From contig JBHHXT010000011.1 in assembly GCA_046757165.1 (NCBI GenBank), forward strand, positions 1-52,179: 52,179 nt of DNA, written 5' to 3'. Positions 8,871 through 19,070 of this stretch are shown here, piece by piece. The translations under genes and the position numbers were made by a program. Source of the stretch: a bacterium. Its GTDB lineage: Bacteria; Zhuqueibacterota; Zhuqueibacteria; Oceanimicrobiales; Oceanimicrobiaceae. The notes under the pieces are model-generated. The model did no database searches, was not told the origin of the DNA, and saw only the letters and a list, made by a program, of their open reading frames with translations. Each line of letters begins with the position of its first letter. Positions within the stretch are counted from its first letter, which is position 1.

Positions 8871-9557
8871 ATGCTCATTGAAATCCGAGACCTGACCAAA
8901 ATCTACAAATTGGGGACGATTGAAGTCCCGGCCTTGCGCGAAGTCGACCTGGAAATAGACAGGGGGGAGTACCTTGCTATCATGGGGCCCTCCGGTTCCG
9001 GCAAATCGACTTTGATGAACATATTGGGATGCCTGGATTCGCCGTCGAGCGGCGTTTATTCCTTTGCCGGGGAAGATGTCAGCGACTTGAATGACAATCA
9101 GCTTTCGGAAATTCGAAACAAGCGTATTGGATTTGTCTTCCAGACCTTCAATCTCCTCCCGCGTGCAACAGCGCTGCACAATGTTGAATTGCCGTTGATC
9201 TATGGCGGAGTCCCTGCCGCCAGGCGAAGAGAGTTGGCACAGGAAACCCTGGTCAAAGTTGGCCTCGGCGACCGTGTGGCGCATAGACCCAACGAGCTTT
9301 CCGGCGGCCAGCGCCAGAGAGTGGCCATTGCCCGGGCGCTGGTAAATGAGCCCTCGCTTATTCTGGCGGATGAGCCCACCGGCAACCTGGACACCCAAAC
9401 CGGTGACGAAATCATGGAAGTTCTACGGCAGATCTACAATGAAGGCAAGACCATCATCCTGGTGACTCATGAGGCTTACATTGCAAAGCATGCCAGGCGC
9501 GTCATTCGCTTGCGAGACGGGGTGATCGAAAGCGATGAGCGGTCTGGCTCAACCTGA
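8871..9557 (+). CDS. MacB/LolD-family ABC transporter ATP-binding protein
   Basis: [39 protein letters not shown]. Confidence 0.96.
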   Translation: MLIEIRDLTKIYKLGTIEVPALREVDLEIDRGEYLAIMGPSGSGKSTLMNILGCLDSPSSGVYSFAGEDVSDLNDNQLSEIRNKRIGFVFQTFNLLPRATALHNVELPLIYGGVPAARRRELAQETLVKVGLGDRVAHRPNELSGGQRQRVAIARALVNEPSLILADEPTGNLDTQTGDEIMEVLRQIYNEGKTIILVTHEAYIAKHARRVIRLRDGVIESDERSGST

Positions 9558-9571
9558 GGAGGAACCGAACA

Positions 9572-10444
9572 ATGAGCACGTCAAGAGAAAAAATCAAAGA
9601 AATGGAAGTGATGGTTGCGGAAACCATCCCTGAAGCGCCTGACACGGTGACACTCGTTCTGTTCACGGGCAATGATACCCTGAATTATGCGCCCGGACAT
9701 TTCCTGACCATTTCACCGCATCAGTTTCCGAGTTTGGAAAGGTGGGTGAGATACCTGGAAGACCTCAAACGCAAAAAAGAACCGCCGCGCGCCTATTCGC
9801 TGTCGAGCTCACCGGACGAGAGGTACCTGGCCATCACCATCAAAGAGGAAAGGTACATTTCGGGGGTCACACCTTACCCGCCGTTGTTGTCGCCGATTCT
9901 GGCAAAAAGAACGTTGCCCGGCACCAAAATGGTCATTACAGGGTTCACCGGACCCTATACTCTGACGGATCAGATGCGGTCGAGCTCCGAGAACATTGTA
10001 CATATCTGCGCGGGTAGCGGTGTTGTGCCGAGTTACAGCATCATCAAACACGACCTGCGGGTCAACGAGAAATCGAGACACACCCTGGTCTACAGCAATA
10101 AGGTTTTCGATGATGTGATTTTCTTCGACCAGCTCCGTGAGCTGGAGAAGGAATTCCCGCACAGATTTCGCGTGATTCACACCCTGACGCGCGAGACCGA
10201 TGAGCGGGTTTTTGACGACCAAATTCGAAGAGGACGCATAAGCAAGGGTCTCATTCAGGAGGTGATCCAGGACCCGAGCAGCGTCACGGTTTTTGCATGT
10301 GGACCGGACCACAGTGTGTCGCAAAAGAAAGCGGCGAAAGAAAAGGGAGAGACCCTGCCGCCATCATTTCTGGGGAGTGTGCTGGCCTATCTCGCGGAGA
10401 TGGGGGTGGCCAGGGAAAGGATCAAGAAAGAAAGCTATGGGTAA
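9572..10444 (+). CDS. Ferredoxin-NADP reductase-like FAD/NAD(P)-binding oxidoreductase
   Basis: RAYSLSS flavin motif, CAGSGVVP, FACGP, C-terminal ESYG; strong RBS. Confidence 0.88.
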   Translation: MSTSREKIKEMEVMVAETIPEAPDTVTLVLFTGNDTLNYAPGHFLTISPHQFPSLERWVRYLEDLKRKKEPPRAYSLSSSPDERYLAITIKEERYISGVTPYPPLLSPILAKRTLPGTKMVITGFTGPYTLTDQMRSSSENIVHICAGSGVVPSYSIIKHDLRVNEKSRHTLVYSNKVFDDVIFFDQLRELEKEFPHRFRVIHTLTRETDERVFDDQIRRGRISKGLIQEVIQDPSSVTVFACGPDHSVSQKKAAKEKGETLPPSFLGSVLAYLAEMGVARERIKKESYG

Positions 10445-10448
10445 GACC

Positions 10449-11978
10449 TCACGTGGATTGGGCCTTTGGGGCGGGATAACGGCGCTCCTGCTTTTCAAAC
10501 ACCCCTTTAAAGAAGGACTTCATTTTTGACATGATCTGCCGGGCCAGGCTTTCGGTCTGCTCAATCCGCTCTTCCGGGGTCGCGTTGGCCATTTTTTCGG
10601 AATTGCGAACGCGGCGTTCTGCCACGACTTTGCTGATGGTTTCGGCAATCTCGGGCCGCTTGCTCAGCAAACTGTTCATGTTGTCTTTCGTGATTTCGTG
10701 GGCCACCACGTCGGTCATCGCCACCAGCGTGGCTGTGCGGGGTTCGCCGGTGAGCAGCGACATTTCTCCGAAGAACTCACCAGGGATGATTTGACCGACC
10801 CGAATATCAGCGCCGTTGTTGTTGTTGGCCAGAAACGCGTGCAGCAAACCTTCGGAAAGGATAAACATGGAATGACCGGCCTCACCCTGTGTGATGACTT
10901 TATCGCCACGCTTGAAGTGCCTTTGCTGCATTCTGCTGGCGAGCTCCCGCAAGGCTTTTGACTCGAGGTACTGGAAGAGCTCCGTTCTTGCCAGCAGCTC
11001 GGTACGGTCTTCCACTGTCCGTGAGTCGAGATGGCGGGTGGGCATCTCTGCATAGTAGAGGTCTTGTTTTGGATAGGCTGGCGTGATTCCGGCCTGTTTC
11101 AGGTGCTGGAGGATACTGGTTGTAATCGCACTTCGGGCCACGCCTTGTGTTTGGCCCCTTTGCCAGGAAGACATCCAATAGCGGATGGTGTAGACAATTC
11201 CCACCTCGTTGGTGCGCTTGATAATGACGTTGGGCGTCGGCTCTTCCAGAATGCCCTTTTGGCCGACAACAGCGCGGGCGCCGGCCAGCAACACCCGGCA
11301 GGCGCGCTCTGTGGGCACAGAAAAGTCAAGACAAAAGCTGGTTTCGAAGCGGCTGCCATGGCCTGCGCCCCAGAAGTTGGTGACCACCATGGTGCCCAGC
11401 AGGCTATTGGGTAGGATGACGATCGAATCGTCTTCGGTCTCCAGCCTGGTCGTGCGCCAGTTGATTTCGGCGACCCGGCCGACCACATCCCGGTCCGCAT
11501 TCGAACCGTGCACTTTGATCCAATCGCCGAGTCGGTAAGGGCGGTCGATGTTCACGGCCAGGCCAGTGAAAACATCCAGAATAATGTTGCGCAACGCAAA
11601 GCCAACGATGATACCAACCACCCCGGAGGTGGCCCAGAAGCCGGTCACCGACTGCTTGAAGACGATACCGACGATGCCTGTGACCGCGATAAGGTAGACG
11701 ACAATGGTAAAGATATCTTTCAGCAGGCGAGGGATTGGCGCGCCCAGGGCGTTGGCGATAAGACCATCCCAGATGAAAACGAGAACCAGACGGTTGATAA
11801 AATGGGCTGCCGACAACCAGATGCCGATCTGAACGATGTAGAGGATGACTTTCTGCGACTGGCTGACCGCCTCAGAACCGAATTGCAATAGCAAGTCGCG
11901 GTTCCAAAGCGTAAACCCCGCAAACAAAAGAAAAATAGTAAACGGCCGCCAAAGGCTTCGAATCACACTCCGCTGCAT
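10449..11978 (-). CDS. MscS-family mechanosensitive channel with C-terminal cNMP-binding domain
   Basis: GIIVGFALRNIILDVFTG, RPYRLGDWI, EINWRTT; cNMP domain GEFFGEMSLLTGEPRTAT. Start taken at ATG 11978. Confidence 0.9.
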   Translation of the reverse strand: MQRSVIRSLWRPFTIFLLFAGFTLWNRDLLLQFGSEAVSQSQKVILYIVQIGIWLSAAHFINRLVLVFIWDGLIANALGAPIPRLLKDIFTIVVYLIAVTGIVGIVFKQSVTGFWATSGVVGIIVGFALRNIILDVFTGLAVNIDRPYRLGDWIKVHGSNADRDVVGRVAEINWRTTRLETEDDSIVILPNSLLGTMVVTNFWGAGHGSRFETSFCLDFSVPTERACRVLLAGARAVVGQKGILEEPTPNVIIKRTNEVGIVYTIRYWMSSWQRGQTQGVARSAITTSILQHLKQAGITPAYPKQDLYYAEMPTRHLDSRTVEDRTELLARTELFQYLESKALRELASRMQQRHFKRGDKVITQGEAGHSMFILSEGLLHAFLANNNNGADIRVGQIIPGEFFGEMSLLTGEPRTATLVAMTDVVAHEITKDNMNSLLSKRPEIAETISKVVAERRVRNSEKMANATPEERIEQTESLARQIMSKMKSFFKGVFEKQERRYPAPKAQST

Positions 11979-12183
11979 AGGCTCAGGCTTTCTGGCAAGA
12001 TCGGTGAACGATTGCTTGTTTGATTTTGTATTCCCCCCCCCGATCAGCGCTGGGTGCTGAATAATATAGAATACGTGTTTTGGGAGTGATTTGCGCACGA
12101 ACCGACGATAATTTTGTCGATTCGAGTGGTGATGCCCTTGGCAGCCGAGAATATTGGACACTTCAAAAGCTGAACCTGTGTGA

Positions 12184-12357
12184 GTGCTGTTGCTCCTTGA
12201 ACACGGGTTGAAACAACTGGCAAAATACCTCGACAGTGAGGGACTCGACCATGGTTACCTGGTGGTGTACGACCGCCGCGAGCAGCCCGCGCAAGAAGAT
12301 CACGGCTCCAAAGAGCTCGAGGTCGAGGGAAAACGTATCCGGGCATGGATCCTGTGA
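12184..12357 (+). pseudogene. C-terminal relic of an AAA-ATPase/PD-(D/E)XK nuclease-type protein
   Basis: 57 codons, below the ORF-track cut-off: EHGLKQLAKYLDSEGLDHGYLVVYDRR...EGKRIRAWIL*, resembling the 'QLxxYL...GYLVxFD' tail of these nucleases. Confidence 0.6.
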
Positions 12358-12385
12358 GAATGTCCTATTCGATTTGACTTGACTT

Positions 12386-12459
12386 TTCGGTGACCTTCGG
12401 TGTCATTCGGTGGATGTCCAATAAGATGTGCTTTCTTCCCCACCGATGGGCACCGAAAG
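12386..12459. repeat. Inverted repeat built from 10-bp periodic TTCGGTG / CACCGA units
   Basis: TTCGGTG at 12386, 12396 and 12406; CACCGA at 12441 and 12451. Confidence 0.65.
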
Positions 12460-12462
12460 CGT

Positions 12463-14100
12463 TCACGCTGGAAACTCGAATTTCTTCGCATGACTCCCCA
12501 CCCGCACCTGAATCAAACTCTCCAAAATCAGCGATACCGACAGAACGGTGATCGCAAAAACCAGATAGCTGGCCGGGTCTGTGTAAATGTACCTGAAAAT
12601 CAGCGGCAGGCCGAGGTAGAGCACAAATGGCACCAGAATGAGCAGCATCGCCATGTTGCGCGAGCGCTGTCCTTTGACATTGGGTCGGGAAAACGGCAGG
12701 TCCGGCGAATACAGGAAGGCGAATTGTAGGAAGAGGTGTGACAGGAGACCAAGCATCAAGATATGCAGCAAAACGTGCAGCATATTGTTGAAAGAGTAGG
12801 TGAAAATCAGACTCAAAATGAACAAAAACGGCAGGACAAAATAGATCATCAAGAAATTCTTTTCTGCCAGCACGACACGTCGGATATCCGTGGGCGTGGT
12901 GTAGAAGATCCACGAGGCCGGATAGGCGTCACTCTGGGTCACGTAGGTGCGGAGCATCATCGGGAAGAGAAAAACGAGCAGATAAAGCAAGCCAGCTCGG
13001 CTCACATCGATGTTCCGGGTCACAAACGGGTCAGGCAACGGCCCTTGCTGCGTCCCGATGAAAAGATAGAAAATCGTGAGCGGCAGGATACCGAGCACGG
13101 CCATTTTGAATTTGTTGTCGTGCAGGAACTGGTTCTTGATGAGCTTGGCGACAACACGTTCTTCGTTGGCATGTGCGAAGAAAAAAAACAGGCGTGAAAA
13201 TCCAGACCGGGAGGAGCCTCTGGCTGGTGCTTGTACCGCCAGAGAGGCCAGCGTGGCAGAGTAGCCCATCGACAGCTTCGAGAAGGTCAAAACTGTCAGT
13301 ACCGCCAGAACACAAGCGGACAGCAGGGCCAGAAGCAAGTGGACGAGCCCCAGCTCACCGGCCGCGAGCGACAGGTAGCTGCTGAACCACGCCGAAGGCA
13401 ACAACACAAGCCAGGGCGAGTCGGAAAAATTGAGTGACTGCAGCGTCTGGTGGTCCAAAAGTCTTGGTAAGACAATGAACCCACTGTAGATCAGGAAGGC
13501 CAGGACCACCTGGAAAAACGCCAGCAGGTTCTGCAATCTCAGCAGACTGACCCTTTTCAAGATAAAGGTGTAAAAAAGAACGATGGCGAGCGCTGTGGTG
13601 ATGTTAGCCAAAAAAGTAGCCAGGAACGCCGTCAGGCTGAGAGAAAGGCTCCCGGCGGGCGCCAGCCAAAAAGTCAATATCGCCGGCAGAGCCAAGACCA
13701 GCGTAAAGGTCAGGACATAGAACAAAATGTTGGTCACCTTGACGCAGAAAAAAGTGCGTGAGGTCACGGGGCGATACCCCAGCACGGAATGATCGTCTGG
13801 CGACACCACGACGGTATGATATTCAACCAGGATCAAACTGCCAATCATAAACATGGTGTAGGTGATCAGCAACGTGCCTGAGACAAACACATCGTCGTTG
13901 GTGAGAACGATCGGAATGAAGACAAGACCGACTAGAAAATAGAAGAAGACCAGCGAATAGAACGAGCTTCCGCCGGAGCGGCCGTGGCGCAATACGGTAC
14001 TCGCCTGAGAGTCACGAAAATCTTTCTTGATCAGAACTTTGGTCAATGCCCACCACTGCCCAACATCCACGCCAGCATTGCCGAGCCAGGGCTTCCACAT
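12463..14100 (-). CDS. Putative ABC exporter permease (polytopic membrane protein)
   Basis: Twelve or more hydrophobic segments in two halves; translationally coupled to the ABC ATPase. Confidence 0.85.
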   Translation of the reverse strand: MWKPWLGNAGVDVGQWWALTKVLIKKDFRDSQASTVLRHGRSGGSSFYSLVFFYFLVGLVFIPIVLTNDDVFVSGTLLITYTMFMIGSLILVEYHTVVVSPDDHSVLGYRPVTSRTFFCVKVTNILFYVLTFTLVLALPAILTFWLAPAGSLSLSLTAFLATFLANITTALAIVLFYTFILKRVSLLRLQNLLAFFQVVLAFLIYSGFIVLPRLLDHQTLQSLNFSDSPWLVLLPSAWFSSYLSLAAGELGLVHLLLALLSACVLAVLTVLTFSKLSMGYSATLASLAVQAPARGSSRSGFSRLFFFFAHANEERVVAKLIKNQFLHDNKFKMAVLGILPLTIFYLFIGTQQGPLPDPFVTRNIDVSRAGLLYLLVFLFPMMLRTYVTQSDAYPASWIFYTTPTDIRRVVLAEKNFLMIYFVLPFLFILSLIFTYSFNNMLHVLLHILMLGLLSHLFLQFAFLYSPDLPFSRPNVKGQRSRNMAMLLILVPFVLYLGLPLIFRYIYTDPASYLVFAITVLSVSLILESLIQVRVGSHAKKFEFPA

Positions 14101-14867
14101 CAGACCCGTTCCAGGGCTTGCAGGAATTCATCCGAAGACACCGCAGCATCGGGTGAACCGGTGAGTTTGCTGAACGCCAGCTCAAGGGTCGAGCGGCCGG
14201 TTTGCTGCATGATTTCCTCGGCTGTGCCGCAAGTCACAATCTTGCCGTGATCGATGATGGCGATACGCGTGCAGATCCGTTCGACCACCTCCAGGATGTG
14301 GGAGCAAAACATGATGGTTTTGCCCTGGGCCGCCATTTTCTTGAGCAGCTCCTTGATCACCATGGCAGCGTTGGCATCCAGACCGTTGAGGGGCTCATCA
14401 AGGAAGAGAACCTCGGGGTTGTGGAGAAACGCTGCGCACAGCAGAACCTTTTGCTTCATCCCCTTTGAAAATTGGCTAAGGTACTGGTCTTTATCCGGCC
14501 CGACTCCCAACAAAGCGAGAAATTCCTCGATGCGATTGCGCGCCAGAACGGGTTCCATGTGATGGAGTTCAGAGACAAGCTCCAGATATTCCCAGGCGGA
14601 GAGAGATTCAAACAAAGCACCCGACTCGGGAACGTAGCCGATACGCTTTTTGACTTCGGTGGGCTTATGCAGAATGTCGAATCCCGCCACCAGGGCGGTG
14701 CCGGAAGTGGGGGTGAGCATGCCGGTAAGCATCTTCACGGTCGTGGTTTTGCCGGCGCCATTCGGGCCGAGAAATCCGAGAATCTCGCCCCTTGCGACTT
14801 CAAGGGAGAGCCCTGCAACTGCTTGAAGATCACCAAAATGCTTTGACAGGTTCGAGAGTTCGATCAT
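14100..14867 (-). CDS. ABC-2 type transporter ATP-binding protein
   Basis: GPNGAGKTT, FSKGMKQK, LFLDEP, CSHIL. Confidence 0.95.
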   Translation of the reverse strand: MIELSNLSKHFGDLQAVAGLSLEVARGEILGFLGPNGAGKTTTVKMLTGMLTPTSGTALVAGFDILHKPTEVKKRIGYVPESGALFESLSAWEYLELVSELHHMEPVLARNRIEEFLALLGVGPDKDQYLSQFSKGMKQKVLLCAAFLHNPEVLFLDEPLNGLDANAAMVIKELLKKMAAQGKTIMFCSHILEVVERICTRIAIIDHGKIVTCGTAEEIMQQTGRSTLELAFSKLTGSPDAAVSSDEFLQALERV

Positions 14868-16660
14868 TTCTCTTTCACTAACACCCTGCCCGACATCGGC
14901 GCCAGCTCGAGTTTGATATCAAATTTGTCCAACCGGTATTTTTTCACACCAAACGGATCTTTGACTTTCAAATTCTTTTTCCAGCCGGGGGTCAATTCCA
15001 CACTTTGCTTTTTCTCACTAAAGTTTAGAAAAACGATGACTTCTGCCTTCTTATGCCTGCGAGAGTAGACGAGTAATCTGCGCTCATCGTCAACAAGGTG
15101 TTCATAATACTCCCCCACCGTCAGTGCCGGATTGCGTAGCCTCACCTGATTGAGGCGCCGATAAACGTCAAATATTTCCTGATCAAAACCGTTATCGCTG
15201 ACCGCCTTCAACTCCGGACTGACGGTTTTGTACGTCTCCCTCTCGTAGACAAATTCTTTCCAGAGCATGGGCTTGATATTGTCTGGATACGCTCCTCCCC
15301 ACATGCCGCTCTCGTCACCGAAAAAAATGGCCGGCGCGCTCGGGTAGGTTAACTGAAAAATAGTCAAGAGTTTCTGGACTTTTCTGTGAGCCGTGTCCGG
15401 TTTTACAGGATCATAACCATAATGACCGTTTTTTGCGGAAGAACCTGCCGCAACTGACGGCTTCGCGTTGACAATCGTACTGGCGATTCTCTCCGTCCTG
15501 TGGCTACTCAATTGACTGATCAGAGAGAGCTCGAGCTTGTCGGGCAATCGATCTCGAATGGAGTGGAGGTTTTGACAGAATTGTGTGACGGTCATTTTGT
15601 CGTGTTTGATGACAAAGAAATCACGCAGCAGACGAGAATATTCATGATGCATCCACAAGTCAAAGCCATCGCGGTCAGAACGTTGCTCGGAAATCGTGAC
15701 CGCGTTGGCGTTCAACGATTTGACAAAATCGTTCCACTCGCGCCAGAACTGGCCTGGCAAATCCTCGACATGGTTGATAAACCAGCCATCGATACCGTCG
15801 ACCGGGTCCCCATCATCGTTGGGATCCATCCACCGTTTGGTGATATCGAAGATGTACTTTTGAATGGGCGCGGCCAGCAGGCCATGTTCATCCTTCTTGA
15901 AAAGCGGTCGGCCGCGGTCGCCCCGCCAGCAGGTGTAGTCGAATTCGACCGTGTCCGGTGTCATGGGATCGTCCCAGCTCGTGACCTCGAACCACTCTTT
16001 GTATTTCGAATTCTGCTGGTTTTCTTCCAGATCGCGGAAAGCCCAGAACCCGCGCCCGCAGAAATTGAAAACTGCCTCGATAACCACCTTGATCTCGAGC
16101 TCGTGCGCTTGCGTGATGAGTTCGATAAACATCTCATCTGAGCTGGTCAACGTCCACGAAGCAGGATCTTCCTTCTCGGACAAAATTTTCTGCCAGTCCT
16201 CCTTGCGATTGAGGCCAAAATTGTTATCGATGTGATGGAGGGTGGAGATATCATATTTTTCAACCGACGGGGACTCGAACACAGGAGTCAGGTAAAGGAC
16301 ATGAATGCCCAAATCTTTCAGGTAGGGCAGTTTTTCGATAACGCCGATCAAGTCTCCGCCGTAACGCCGATTATTCACCAGGTCAGGAAAGGGCAGGTCG
16401 CGTTCCTGCTCCCAGACTTGCAGCTTGTACCAGTCCGAGGCCCAGGGATGGACTTGCCAGTCATCGACCTTCTTGCCTACAACTCTTTCTTTGATAGGGT
16501 CATTTGCCGGATTGATGTTGCGAAATCTCTCGGGCAGGATTTGATACCATACCGCCCCCTGGACCCATTCTGGCGGTTCCTTACCGAAAACAGGGAGCGA
16601 GAGAAACAAAAACAGGCAGGTTACAAAATGTCTCGGGATCATGAACGTGGCTTTCATCAT
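14864..16660 (-). CDS. Secreted GH13 (neopullulanase/cyclomaltodextrinase-like) protein with degenerate catalytic residues
   Basis: PEWVQGAVWYQILPERF, YGGDLIGVIEKLPYLKDLGI, GIDGW, IFFGDESGM; N-terminal signal peptide. Confidence 0.9.
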   Translation of the reverse strand: MMKATFMIPRHFVTCLFLFLSLPVFGKEPPEWVQGAVWYQILPERFRNINPANDPIKERVVGKKVDDWQVHPWASDWYKLQVWEQERDLPFPDLVNNRRYGGDLIGVIEKLPYLKDLGIHVLYLTPVFESPSVEKYDISTLHHIDNNFGLNRKEDWQKILSEKEDPASWTLTSSDEMFIELITQAHELEIKVVIEAVFNFCGRGFWAFRDLEENQQNSKYKEWFEVTSWDDPMTPDTVEFDYTCWRGDRGRPLFKKDEHGLLAAPIQKYIFDITKRWMDPNDDGDPVDGIDGWFINHVEDLPGQFWREWNDFVKSLNANAVTISEQRSDRDGFDLWMHHEYSRLLRDFFVIKHDKMTVTQFCQNLHSIRDRLPDKLELSLISQLSSHRTERIASTIVNAKPSVAAGSSAKNGHYGYDPVKPDTAHRKVQKLLTIFQLTYPSAPAIFFGDESGMWGGAYPDNIKPMLWKEFVYERETYKTVSPELKAVSDNGFDQEIFDVYRRLNQVRLRNPALTVGEYYEHLVDDERRLLVYSRRHKKAEVIVFLNFSEKKQSVELTPGWKKNLKVKDPFGVKKYRLDKFDIKLELAPMSGRVLVKEK

Positions 16661-16841
16661 TTAGTGTGTCAACAAACGTTGGACGTCAAGACTCCTAATA
16701 TCAACAGCAACTTGTGGCCATAAGTTCCGCAAAGAAACAATTCTTCGCATTCACCGGATTTTCTGGCCGGGAAAGGGACAAGACAGAGAATGAAGATTCC
16801 AGCGAAAGACGCGTCAAGGAGATAACGCGATTGACATGCAA

Positions 16842-17723
16842 TCACTGATTGGCTTGCTTCAAGAACAGATAGAATGACACGACAAAACTCACCTGAAACG
16901 TCCCGAATGAGACAGCCGCCAGTTTGTCGAATTTCTTGGCATCATCATAGAATTTGTTGAAGGTCCGCGGGTTGCCAGTCTCCAGGTAGCGGTCATATTT
17001 GTTGTCGGCTTTGCTCCGGAAATACAGCGCCAAGGTACCGGAGGCCACCGCCAGTCCAAGCGCGGTGAAGAAGTGAACCTTTGTTTTTGACTTCCCTTTC
17101 TGCTTGAAGCCCTGCAATTGTGGGTCGAAGTCATGCGAGCTGCGCTGCAACGTAATATCGTAGAATTGAGTCGTCTCACCCCCGAGCGTGAAGGTCGAAT
17201 CGCGATAGCCCGTCTTACTCAGGGTGACTTGTTTGGTTTCCCCCTCCACGATTCTAACAAAGACAGGCGTTTCTCCGACAGGCTCATTCTCGAGATAAAC
17301 GGCAGCGCCGTACGGTTGTGAGTTGATGGAGAAACTTCTTTGAAACATCACGTTGACGGTCAGCGTGTCGTTTGGTGCAATCTCCACCTGCTCGACCCAG
17401 TCGGTGTCGAGCCAATTGCTGCGGTCGGGATGTGCAACATGGATTTTGTGGGGTCCACTGTCAAGCTGCAGAAGGTTCAGCGGCGTGTATCCGACAAACG
17501 CTCCGTCGATCTTCACCGCCAGGCCGGTGTGGCTGGTGTTCATCTTCAGAAACCCATCTTCTTCAGGTCGCGCTTCGACAAGCCGGGCGGCGCCAAATAG
17601 CGGGGTTAGCGCCACAGTGGTCGTGAAGGCGACCACGACCGCCACAGCCGTGCAGCGAAAGAGCCGGCCTGGATGTTTGAAAATCAATACGTTCCACATA
17701 GGGGATTTGGAAGTCGAGTTCAA
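16842..17723 (-). CDS. PEGA domain-containing exported protein
   Basis: Two PEGA-like repeats (IDGAFVGYTPL; INSQPYGAAVYLENEPVGETPV) and a C-terminal hydrophobic hairpin. Confidence 0.85.
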   Translation of the reverse strand: MNSTSKSPMWNVLIFKHPGRLFRCTAVAVVVAFTTTVALTPLFGAARLVEARPEEDGFLKMNTSHTGLAVKIDGAFVGYTPLNLLQLDSGPHKIHVAHPDRSNWLDTDWVEQVEIAPNDTLTVNVMFQRSFSINSQPYGAAVYLENEPVGETPVFVRIVEGETKQVTLSKTGYRDSTFTLGGETTQFYDITLQRSSHDFDPQLQGFKQKGKSKTKVHFFTALGLAVASGTLALYFRSKADNKYDRYLETGNPRTFNKFYDDAKKFDKLAAVSFGTFQVSFVVSFYLFLKQANQ

Positions 17724-17735
17724 GAGATTAGCCCA

Positions 17736-18935
17736 TCAATTCGATTGCGCTGCGATGTTTTCAGGAGAGGTAAAGGCATAAAGATATTTATCCTCCGAAG
17801 CCCCCAACAAATACTCACCCCAGGCCACCGGTGAGGTCCGAATTCGACCCCGCGTGGTAAAATTCCACAGCTCCCGGCCATCTTCCAGGTTCAGGCAGTA
17901 GTATTTTTGGTCCAAAGCGCCGAAGTAGACAACCTCTCCTGAAATCAGAGGGGCAGTGCTTACAACGCTTTGAGCGCGAAAGGCCCAGCGCAGCTCACCC
18001 GTCTTGTTGTTCATGCAGTAGAAATGCCCATCCGTGGCGCCGAAAACAACGTGCACGCCATCTGTGCCCGCGGCCTGAAAGAGAGGGGCCTCTGCCCTGA
18101 ATGACCAAAGGAGTGAGCCATCGTGCAAATTCAAAGCATAAAAAACGCTATCGAGTGAGCCCACAAAGACCGTTTCGTTGTCGATGACCGGCGTGGCAAA
18201 CACACTTGCGCCGGTTTCTGCCTTCCACCTTAGCTTGCCGCTCTTGGGACTCAAAGCGTAGATGGTGCCGTTGTCACATCCGACTACCAGCGTGTTGTGA
18301 CTCAACGCGGGAGAAGACCGATGCTGGTCCTTGCTCTCATAGCTCCAGAGCTTTTCACCGGTCGCGGGGTCATACTTGTCGATGTGGCGATAGAGCGCGG
18401 CAACATAAATACCCTCGTCGGTAGCGAGCGGCTCGCTGGCAATATCGCCGGCATCGACTTCCCACTCCGTCTTGCCGGTGATGAGGTCGTATTTTGCCAA
18501 CGTTGCCTCGCCATAGCGATAGGCGATATAGAGCTGGTCCTCAAAATAGGTGCATGTCGCCTCCAGGTTGTCCCTCAGCTTCACGCGTCCGAGCCGTTCA
18601 CCGGTGGCAATACTGACAACATCCAGGCGGCCGTCCAGGGTGGGCACATAAGCCACACCATTTGCCACGACCAGGCTTGAGCCGACGGCCGAGGTCGCTT
18701 TGTACGTCCATTTGAGACGCAGAGGCGGACGGAGGGCCCGGTCGCGATAGTTGAGGCGGGCCGAATCCCCACCAAAGAGCGTCCAGTTTTGCCCGACAGC
18801 GTTGCGGGTAAACTTTTCTTTGAGGACAAAGGTTTTGTTACAAGCCGCAGAACTCAGCGTGAGGACAAGGATCGCCCAAACCCTGAACCGGACAAGCCCC
18901 GCCGAAGGCGCGGGATTTAACGACCTGGAATTCAA
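17736..18935 (-). CDS. PQQ-like beta-propeller lipoprotein (BamB-like)
   Basis: Repeated 'DG.FYAL...TGELRW' blades; lipobox LSSAAC; TTG start at 18935 follows GGAGGT (the ORF track starts at 18971). Confidence 0.88.
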   Translation of the reverse strand: MNSRSLNPAPSAGLVRFRVWAILVLTLSSAACNKTFVLKEKFTRNAVGQNWTLFGGDSARLNYRDRALRPPLRLKWTYKATSAVGSSLVVANGVAYVPTLDGRLDVVSIATGERLGRVKLRDNLEATCTYFEDQLYIAYRYGEATLAKYDLITGKTEWEVDAGDIASEPLATDEGIYVAALYRHIDKYDPATGEKLWSYESKDQHRSSPALSHNTLVVGCDNGTIYALSPKSGKLRWKAETGASVFATPVIDNETVFVGSLDSVFYALNLHDGSLLWSFRAEAPLFQAAGTDGVHVVFGATDGHFYCMNNKTGELRWAFRAQSVVSTAPLISGEVVYFGALDQKYYCLNLEDGRELWNFTTRGRIRTSPVAWGEYLLGASEDKYLYAFTSPENIAAQSN

Positions 18936-18966
18936 AATCCTAACCTCCAAATTCGCAAGAAAATAT

Positions 18967-19027
18967 TCCACACGGATTTTTTGATTGAGACAAACAGTTT
19001 TCCGTGTGGTTTTTTGATCCGTGTGGA
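18967..19027. repeat. Inverted repeat TCCACACGGAT...ATCCGTGTGGA
   Basis: 11-bp arms, with an extra TCCGTGTGG unit at about 19001. Confidence 0.6.
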
Positions 19028-19070
19028 CGCAATCTCGATAGGATTATCGCTGTTTGGCGCTGTAAGCGTC

